64,000 nt of DNA from the human T2T-CHM13v2.0 reference genome, Homo sapiens. Below are positions 54,846 to 64,000 of this stretch, piece after piece (within the stretch, counting starts at the first letter, position 1; every line of letters begins with the position of its first letter). The stretch lies in the NCBI RefSeq assembly GCF_009914755.1, contig NC_060929.1. One strand, written 5' to 3'. The notes under the pieces are model-generated. The model was not told where the DNA came from, did no database searches, and saw only the letters and a list, made by a program, of their open reading frames with translations. The position numbers were made by a program, and so were the translations under genes.

Positions 54846-57800
54846 CTGGAAGAGAAAAAAGAGAGACCTTTTATCATAAGATGGGGAGGGTAAAGGAGAT
54901 AGCATACATTCAAATAGGATTAAAATAACTCTTTTTTGTCAAATGAAATAATTTGCTGCAGGCTCCCTATTGCCAAAAACCCAAAGCCAAGCATTCTTCT
55001 GAAAAATCAATAAACTGTCCAGCCCATGCTAACCACAAGCAGGTAATTTTAGTGCACATTTAAAACAGAACAGAAAAAGGAAGTCTATTTTACTTATTAG
55101 TTTAAACAATAGATGCATGTGAATAATTCTCCATTACAATATATTTGAGAACCATTCATCCACTTGGTATTTAACATTTCACCATGCATAGGGACATTTT
55201 AAATAAGCCATTGTATTTTTATTTTTAAAACATGTTAAGAAAAGGTACCTTTCTCAAAGAGCTTCAAAATTTAACTCCTCATATCTGAAAATGATTATGT
55301 AATAAGTTAGATAATTTTACGTACATTATAAAATTCTTACTAAGTTTCAATGAATTCACTCATGTAACAATATTCAAATTAAATCTCTAATGTTAATGAT
55401 GACATGAAGCAAAATCACGTGACAGCTAAGTGCAACCTCACGCTTCCCTTTTTCTTTGTTTTGAAATGTTTAGGACATTAGATCTTTCTTTCTGTAGAGT
55501 GTAAACAAAAACATTTCCAGAGGAAACTGGAGGTCTAAAGCTCTAACTCTAAATTCCAAGACATGAAGAACCTACTGATTACACGGAACTAAAAGCAAAA
55601 CTAGCCTTTTAAGCACTGCAATTGACTGAAAAGCCGTTGCAGGCATAACGAACTTCTGTCAATCCTGCTAATTCATTCTGCATGCACAGTTGAGCCTCAG
55701 GGTCATGAAGGAAGAGGACAGGAACCTCCCAAGCCTCCCTTTTCCACATGAAGCATGTTCCACACACTTTTTGGGGGAGGGGGTTTGATTGCAGGGATGA
55801 CTGGAGAAAAACAAAGTTGCTGCACATGAGCTTTTGAAAACACTAACAAGTGTAGAGCAGGTCTGTGACCTGCTGTGACCCCACTTTGCAGGGCCAATCC
55901 CCTTGCCCCTTTCTATATGACACGTGTCTGAATCTGAGCCATCTGCCTCAATTTGCGCAACATCTTCAGCCACAATGGCACCCAGTTAGCCCTGACAACA
56001 GCTCACAATACATAAAAATAAAACTGCCGCGCTAACAGCACGCTGCGGACTATTCAAGAGCAAACCAACTGGTCAGTGTCTCATGTCTGACAATTAGCAT
56101 GGGCCTCGCACAGAGCCCACGGTGTCCACAGGGATCTGTTTAATTACCATCAACATAAAAGAGGGAGTTTATCAGGAGACACTCAGAAAAACTTCACTCC
56201 CGACTTAATTAAAATATTAGCCACTTAAGCAGGAAGCAGATTCTCTTTAAATGAAAAGTAATTTCTTTTTTGGGTTTTTTAAAAAATAACATCAAGATCT
56301 CATAACACATTAATTTTTTTAAAACCAAACAAGCCATTTTTGGACAAATAAAATCATGAACTAGGTTGTCCAACAATAATTAGAATAATGTATCCAAACC
56401 AAAACAGATATGCTAATTTTACTAAATTTCAAATATTATAAACACTTTGAAGTTGTGTTTTAAAATGTTAGCTAATGGGCTATCAACAAAATATGTTAGA
56501 AAATCTTCCTAGGCATTTGCTTGTGCACTCTACAAGCATGCTGAAAACTTGCAAGGAATCTGACAGAGCAGTATTCCTACTGAGAGAAGCAATTGTAAGT
56601 AACCAGTTTAGGAATATAAATCATACCAATGTTTTTAAAGAGGTTTTTATAAACCTCTTAACACACACATCCATCTGCTTTTCAGACGTACACATGAGAG
56701 ATTATGAACTAGGTACCTCAATTTCATCTTTGAGAAACATAAAGATCACCAGCCCTAAAATGATCTCTCTTTTCTAAGGCTCCTCACAGGTTTATGCATT
56801 TCTTTTGTCTAAATTTTTCAGGCTCTTCTGCTTCATAGGAGAATGCTGTTTCTATATTCCTGTAAAACCACGTCACCAAAGGATATGAGGTGGCTCTATT
56901 TTCCCATTCATTTATGCAACTTTTCCCACAGATTCGGTCATCACGTGTGTAATTCACTCAACAAATATTTCAACAGAGGTCCCTATTTCTGACAGGGTTA
57001 TAATTATGTAAACAATAGTCTTATTAGTCCCTTTATTTACTTAACACTTGTGCCTTGGGACCATAGAGAAGGAGATTATGCCTGAATAGGAACACAAAAG
57101 CACTGTTGTTTGAATTTCAGGGTGGCACAGCCCCAAGGCACATTTTGTCTCTTTTCTATTAAAAAACTTAGAGTTAATGTTACAATTAATATAAAGTTGG
57201 CAGAGACAAATGTCAATTTTGGTGTCAGTATGTTGACAGAAATTAGAATTAGTATCTTGGACATATTTTTGAAATCCTATTGCCACAAAAGTCTCAGTAC
57301 TATAAAGAATAGGGGTATGAAAGAAAAGAGGCATCTGCTTACGCTGCAATGGAAACACACTAAGCAAATCATCCTAGCAACATAATCTGCTAGCTGGTGT
57401 AAAAGCTACTGCCTTTATTAACTAGGTCTCTATGTTCTAGTGGACACAAATGGTGGAAGCAATGTTTTAAAGCGGAAGACTAGAAGATCAGATGTTCTGA
57501 CATTCTCATTTCACAGTTCAGAAAGGATATATTTAATTGGAACACAGCATGATCAAAATTGGTTTGTTTTGGCCCTCGGAAGGCAAAAACCACTACCCCA
57601 GATTTATTCATCATTTAACTCCTGCACAGGCTATGCTTCAACATACATGCAAAAAATAGTTATGGAAAGAGTACTAATTCATAAGTAATAAATAGCTAGC
57701 TTTGGGATGTCAGAAACATTGATTATAAAGTCAGCGTGGGTCAGATATTTACATACTAAACTTAATGGCTGACATCAGAACCTCTGTGCTTGGCCTTGAA

Positions 57801-57864
57801 CTAAGATCACACTGTGACAAAATTTTTTCAAAAGGCATGAGAAATTTTTGATCACTATAATGAT

Positions 57865-58075
57865 GATAGCAGCTATCATTTGTTAAGCACTTACTGTGTT
57901 CTGGCAGTGGGTTCTAAGTGCTTCACTGGAATTATTTCATTTAATCCTATGAGGCAGGTCACTTTATAGATGAGGCAAGCGAGGCCCAGAGAAGTTGAAG
58001 AACTTCCTCAGGGCCACACACCAAATTTCTGGTTGAGCAGAAATCTGAACCCAAGCATTCTGATTCCAGGTCACA
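57865..58075 (-). mobile_element. MIR
   Basis: taagcacttactgtgttctggcagtg...tcatttaatcct...actttatagatgaggcaagcgaggcccagagaagtt. Confidence 0.8.
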
Positions 58076-60337
58076 CAAATTATCTTCATATATACAAAAA
58101 TGCACCCATAATAATTTGTTTTTATCAGTCAACAGATAAAGTTTTTCCCATTTACCTAATATACACATAATCTATTATTGTTCCAAAAACATTAAGAAGG
58201 AAGAGTCCTCTCTTCAAAAATTGTTTACTTGATTTTGTAGTAATGCGTAATTCAAAGCGTGCGGACTTGATTCCTCATATATTTTACATTTCTGCCTTTA
58301 AAGATTTAAAACATTTTAAATATCCCCTACTCTCCTCTCCCTAAAGAGACACCAGCAATGAAAAATACAAAGCCTTTTTGAATGGAGCTGTAACACAGGG
58401 AGGGACTACGGGGAGACCAATCAACCTCGAAAAGCAGTAACACCACAAATGAGAACAAATAAGTGCGATGACAGTTAAAGATGTATTGCCTGTGTATGAC
58501 GGGCTCCATGTTATTAAAAGGACACCATCTAGATATTTTTCATTTCATTCTATCACCAACCACTTGCTGTTTGTAATCACCAACTGAGAAGGTAAAACTG
58601 TTTGGCTATATCTGTATTTCATCTTATTAAATGTCTTTGTCTATTATCTCCAGCAATTGACATTTAATCTTTGAAGCCTATAGGAATTCTTAAGATTTAC
58701 GAAAAAGACAGAATAAGCTGGTTGTCAAAGCTAAATAAAAAAAAGTTTCATTCTTCTTAAAAAGTTATTTTGTCTTAACTATAGTCATAATTATAAAAAC
58801 AGACCAAATAGCAACAACAAATTTGAAAAAAATCTAATATCTATAATACACAGATTTATTCTCCATGCACTTAAACTATACTTTTTAAGATTTGTAACAA
58901 ACTGGCTATAAATCATACATGTTCTTTGTTAGAAGGAAAAGAAATCCTATAATTCAATTGTTCTAACAATTAACATTAACGGTACAGCATGAATTTAAAA
59001 GTATTTATCTGAGAGGCTGCGTCAGTCTCCAGGGTAGTCACAAACATAACATTTTTTACACAGAATCAGATTTGCTATACTTAATGCAACAGCTCTAAGA
59101 CATGCTTTTTCTTCTCTTGGATAGTCTTCCTGGTTTCTGATTTTTCTATTCTGAGTTCAATTTTCTTGTGCTTTCTGTTCTACTGGTTACCAGAAGCTGT
59201 GACAATGACCCACTCAGGCTAAAACTTTTTTTTTTTTGTACTCTGTACATGAAGCCTTCAATTACTGCCTGCTGAAGCAGACAGAATCCTATTAGTAAGA
59301 AAGACGATCACAAGATGCAGTGCCCTGCCCTAGCTGTATAAAAATAATTAGTCCAAAGTTGACAAATGTGTAATGAAGTCGCACGATCATTATATGTAAG
59401 AAATACTGGTTGGAATAAGCCTCCTAAACATCAATACCAAAGTATAGTGATTTGGAGCGCTATCTGCCAAAGGATTTAAAATTATAAATCTTTATTACCT
59501 TGAGTTATTATAGTAGAACATTTTAAACAGGCAGAGAATTTGTAAGTTGTAAAAAATTCTATTTTGTTGACTATAAAATTGCATTTTAAAGTTAAACCAT
59601 TACACTATTGAATTAATAGTGAAGGACAAAAAAAGCATTTACACGTGATTTAGTTTTAGAGAATTTACACAAAGCAATGTATTTTTCCCAGTTATTTAAA
59701 AAATCACCTAACAATATTGTAGTATTTTCCTCTAACGTTCAAATGAGAAAAGTTAAAATAAAAAATAAACAACCACCATAATTTAGGACTCTCTAGTTCC
59801 TACTCTAATCTTCAGAGATGGTATAAAAAAATTATTCCCCACACTATCAGGCCAATGATGCATTCTCTTTCTTTATATAGGAAAGCTAAAAAATCTAAGT
59901 GCCCTTGCTTAAAGAAGACATAAAACATCCCAGTTATTTCAGAGCATTTCTGGTTTGTCTGGTGGGGGTGGGGTGAGATGGGGTTAACAAGGGAAAACTA
60001 ATAGTAAAACAAATACATTCTTACCCCATTCTCTTTGATTCCTTACAAAATTGTCAAACCAGAAGGAAAAGCATCAAGAATACCTTTCTTTCATTTTTAC
60101 GTGAAACAGTTACAGATTCCCATTAGTAAAATTGTTGCATTAGAGGACATTAAATGGTGAACTTAAATAAAACTTAAATAGAGAATGTTTTAAAGTAAAA
60201 ATCAGCTGTGCAGTTTGGTTACTTCTGAAATATCCAAATATGCTTTCTGTGTGAAAATTAACTGAGGTCCGCATTTGTTTGTCAATGAACTGATGCTCAG
60301 GGCCTGCAGAGTTCAAAGCAGTCAGATAAAAATGCAG

Positions 60338-60358
60338 TGCTGTCCTCTAGTGGACAGC
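60338..60358 (-). promoter_or_regulatory. CTCF-like motif TGTCCACTAGAGGACAGCA
   Basis: Core CCACTAGAGGACAG has one mismatch to CCASYAGRKGGCRS. Confidence 0.55.
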
Positions 60359-60940
60359 CACCAACCTGAGAAAGAACTGTTTTGATTACTAAAGAGGTTC
60401 TACAAATCTTCAGTCCTGTTTGAGACTCAAAATTTGTCATATTGTAGAAAAGACCTGAGCCTGATAGTTTTATACTTAAAACTATTTATACAAAATTTTG
60501 TTTCTGTTTATACAATGAAGAAGGTTGACAGTAGTATCAGGGCTTATACAATTAGGGCAACAAGATGTCCAATGTTATTTGAAAAGCAAAAATTCTTTGG
60601 AGAATTACAAATTCTCCAAAATTACCCAGAATTCAAATCCCATATAGTTACCAACAGAGAAGAAAACAACTAACAAACAAAAACAGTAACTCAAAAGTTA
60701 ATCAAACTAAGAATAGAGAAAGGGAAATATTAGAGACCCCATCAAGAAGTGTCTTTGCCATTTGTGTTTGCAACCCTAGCACCAGCAAAATCTGTCACAA
60801 AGGTCTCCAAAAAAATACTAAGTGAAGGAGCTACACATTATAGATCTTTTTAGGATACCAAAAATAATGTGTACCAGTATTTCCCCTATTAACAACCTTC
60901 AAACAGGTATGCAATAACAGTGATTAACTGGGTGAGTTTA

Positions 60941-61263
<323 letters not shown>

Positions 61264-62094
61264 AAATGAAACAAGTTGTTCTTTACCTGTACTTGAATTA
61301 AATAATAAGACTTTTATTTTAAACCTGAAATAAACTGTCTTTATGTGTGTTGATAAATTAAAAAGTTGACTACTTGGTTGCCAATGGATACACTGTTTCA
61401 CTCACAGCACCAGACTTTCCTAATAGTTAAGGACCTAGTGACAACAGTAAACCAACATTTATTCGACTAGGATTGTAATTATCCACAAGTTGCATATGGT
61501 AAAAGCTTGCAAATTTAAAAAGTGACAGGATAAACAAAATCCAAATTACTAATTAAGATATACGGGGGGGTGGGGGAGGGGGAGAGGGGAAGGAATATCA
61601 GTAGTGAATACAAGTTAATAATGAAAGTTGCTCCAGAATCTTACTGAATAAGCTAAGAACTAAAATAGAATCATGGCAGAGACAGGATGTTCTGTCTTCA
61701 ATCAAATATCACCTTTTCTCCTCAGAGGGTTAATTTGCGGTTCATGAAAAGGCAAAATGAGTAGGTAAGTGTGACAACTTTTTCAACAATATTATTGTAT
61801 ACAAATGTCAGGATTTCTGACTATGGGTGAAAATGTGAGATGGCTGAGACTGCTGAAAGACATACACAGTTATGGTCTAAGACTGTTTTATAGACACTGC
61901 TCTAATGTACTCCCGTAATGGACAATACACTGTCTTGCTGGAGCACTCTGGGATATGTGTAAGAAAAATTAAACCAAACATCTCATCTACTGGCATCCCT
62001 TACTGACTAATCAGTAAAAAATAAAACATATAAACATAGGAAAAAATATTTTGAAATGTGTCATGTGGCATTACAGCTTGATAATTCCAGGCAG

Positions 62095-62280
62095 CCTCAA
62101 ACTGTGGACTTCGGAACATTTGCCTTCCAACCACTTGGAGTGCTGCCTAAAATAGAGATTCCTGGGCTCTTTCTCAGATTTACTGAAGCTGAGTTTTTGG
62201 GGTGGGTTCCAGAAATCTGAGTTTTACACAAACTCACACATGATTTTTTTGTACAGAAAAACCTTAGCGATTTCGGAGCT
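62095..62280. mobile_element. MER5A-like hAT element
   Basis: gattcctgggctctttctcagatttactgaagctgagtttttggggtggg...agaaatctgagtttt. Confidence 0.55.
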
Positions 62281-62818
62281 ACATGTTTTTTGTTTTCTGC
62301 TTTTTGGCCACTGCACTTACTCATAAGTGCTGTTATCAGAGGACATGCAATGTAACAAAAGCAAGGCACCTCAGTTTCCACGACATTGAACACAAACCTC
62401 CTTCCTAAACCCTTCCTGGATATTTCACAGAGAATCACATGAAAGTTTTCCTGGCCCTGAATGAAACTGGGATCCCCACAGCTAACGCCTCTAATCTCCT
62501 ACCTTCGAACACATGAGGTCTTGCCCTTTCACCTTTGCAGTCCATTCATATACTGGTTTAATGCTGTCCATTTTGCCCTTGGGATACACTTTATTTATGT
62601 ATTAGTTTACTAGTATTGTCTTAAGTAATATGCATTAAGACCTTCACAATGTATATCTCATTAAAATAAATTTGAATATCTTACACAGGAAGTGAAGATA
62701 TTCAGCTACATATTTAATAAATGCTTTTTGATGATGATGGAACTTCTCATTTTTGTAATACTCCTTATCATGCGTTAACTGTAATTTGGAAAACAGCAGA
62801 TTGACGCAATGACCATAA

Positions 62819-63151
<333 letters not shown>

Positions 63152-64000
63152 TAAGATGATTTTGTTCTCCAAGAGCAGGTTTTTCAAGTAAGTACGACAG
63201 AAATGAAGATAAAGTTGAGTCTCTCAATAGTATACTGTTTGGCTCTGATCCTATCACTCATTTAGAAAATTACAACTAAAAATCATATAATCTAACAGTA
63301 GAGCTGCTTTCTCAATTGATCTTTAAAAGTGTTAACGAAATAAAAAATGTCTCTGGTTTTTGAAGTGTATTTCATAAAACCTGTGCGCCTTTAATTGGCT
63401 TTTCTTAATGAGGGCCATTTTCTGTTGCTGTGTTAGGAATCATTTTCTATTAAGTGTTCAATTAAAATCTGTACTTTATACCATTACATACTACTCCACA
63501 TTAATAAAGGTTCACTTTTCCTTAGATAATTCTTACACTAAGTATTTCTTTACCTGGCATTTAATGTAAAAATGTATAAAATTTGAAGAGTAGTAGAAAT
63601 AAAGTATTCCAAAATTAGGCAATGGAAACTCTATTCATTAAAGGGTTAGAACGAATACACTAATTCTTATTAAAAGTCCTCTCAGAAAGAAAAGATCCTG
63701 AAAAATTAAATAGAACATAAGCCAGCCAAGAGTAACTTATCATATTGAAAATTTTAATCTCTTAAAATACTAGTAGTAAAAATGCTTTTCATACTTGGTG
63801 TTTTTAAAAATAATCCCAAACTGATTACCATTAATAAATATTAGAGTGGCTTTGGTCCTACTCTTTATAAACTCAAAAACGTAACTATCACAAAAGAATA
63901 AGGGAATCATTCAAAATCTCATAGGGATTTCAATTTTATCATTAGCAATTAAATAATATATAAACTTAGATATAGAAATGTATTAATTCCATGGAGTAGG

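Noticed and set aside
54846-54913. N-terminal part (MNVCYLL...) of the ORF-track call 54692..54913
   Set aside because: Lies upstream of the splice acceptor, so it is intronic read-through and not AP3B1 protein.

Overview
Primate, almost certainly human, genomic DNA rich in Alu, L1, MIR, MaLR and MER1 repeats; it is not prokaryotic and has no CRISPR array or operons. The only supportable coding sequence is the last exon of AP3B1 (AP-3 beta-1 adaptin C-terminus ...LLRELKPVLSQG*, minus strand, 54692-54845). Its 3'UTR runs leftwards and its last intron fills the right end of the window. The rest is the gene desert downstream of AP3B1 (chr5q14.1, recalled as the OTP/TBCA/AP3B1 neighbourhood). It holds two orphan CpG islands (~9.2-10.3 kb and ~24.3-25.4 kb) and many repeat-free blocks dense in homeobox motifs that look like developmental enhancers. 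One block, in the second island, is probably the transcribed ultraconserved element uc.160; this identity is from memory and needs checking. Smaller oddities include a chimeric three-arm Alu inside one TSD, a re-used Alu target site, two dispersed local duplications (one retaining an NBRE), a perfect 5x32 bp minisatellite, a UGUA cluster in the extended AP3B1 3'UTR and a palindromic CTCF-like site. I found no evidence for a novel protein-coding system. Repeat subfamily calls and most boundaries were made by eye and are approximate.
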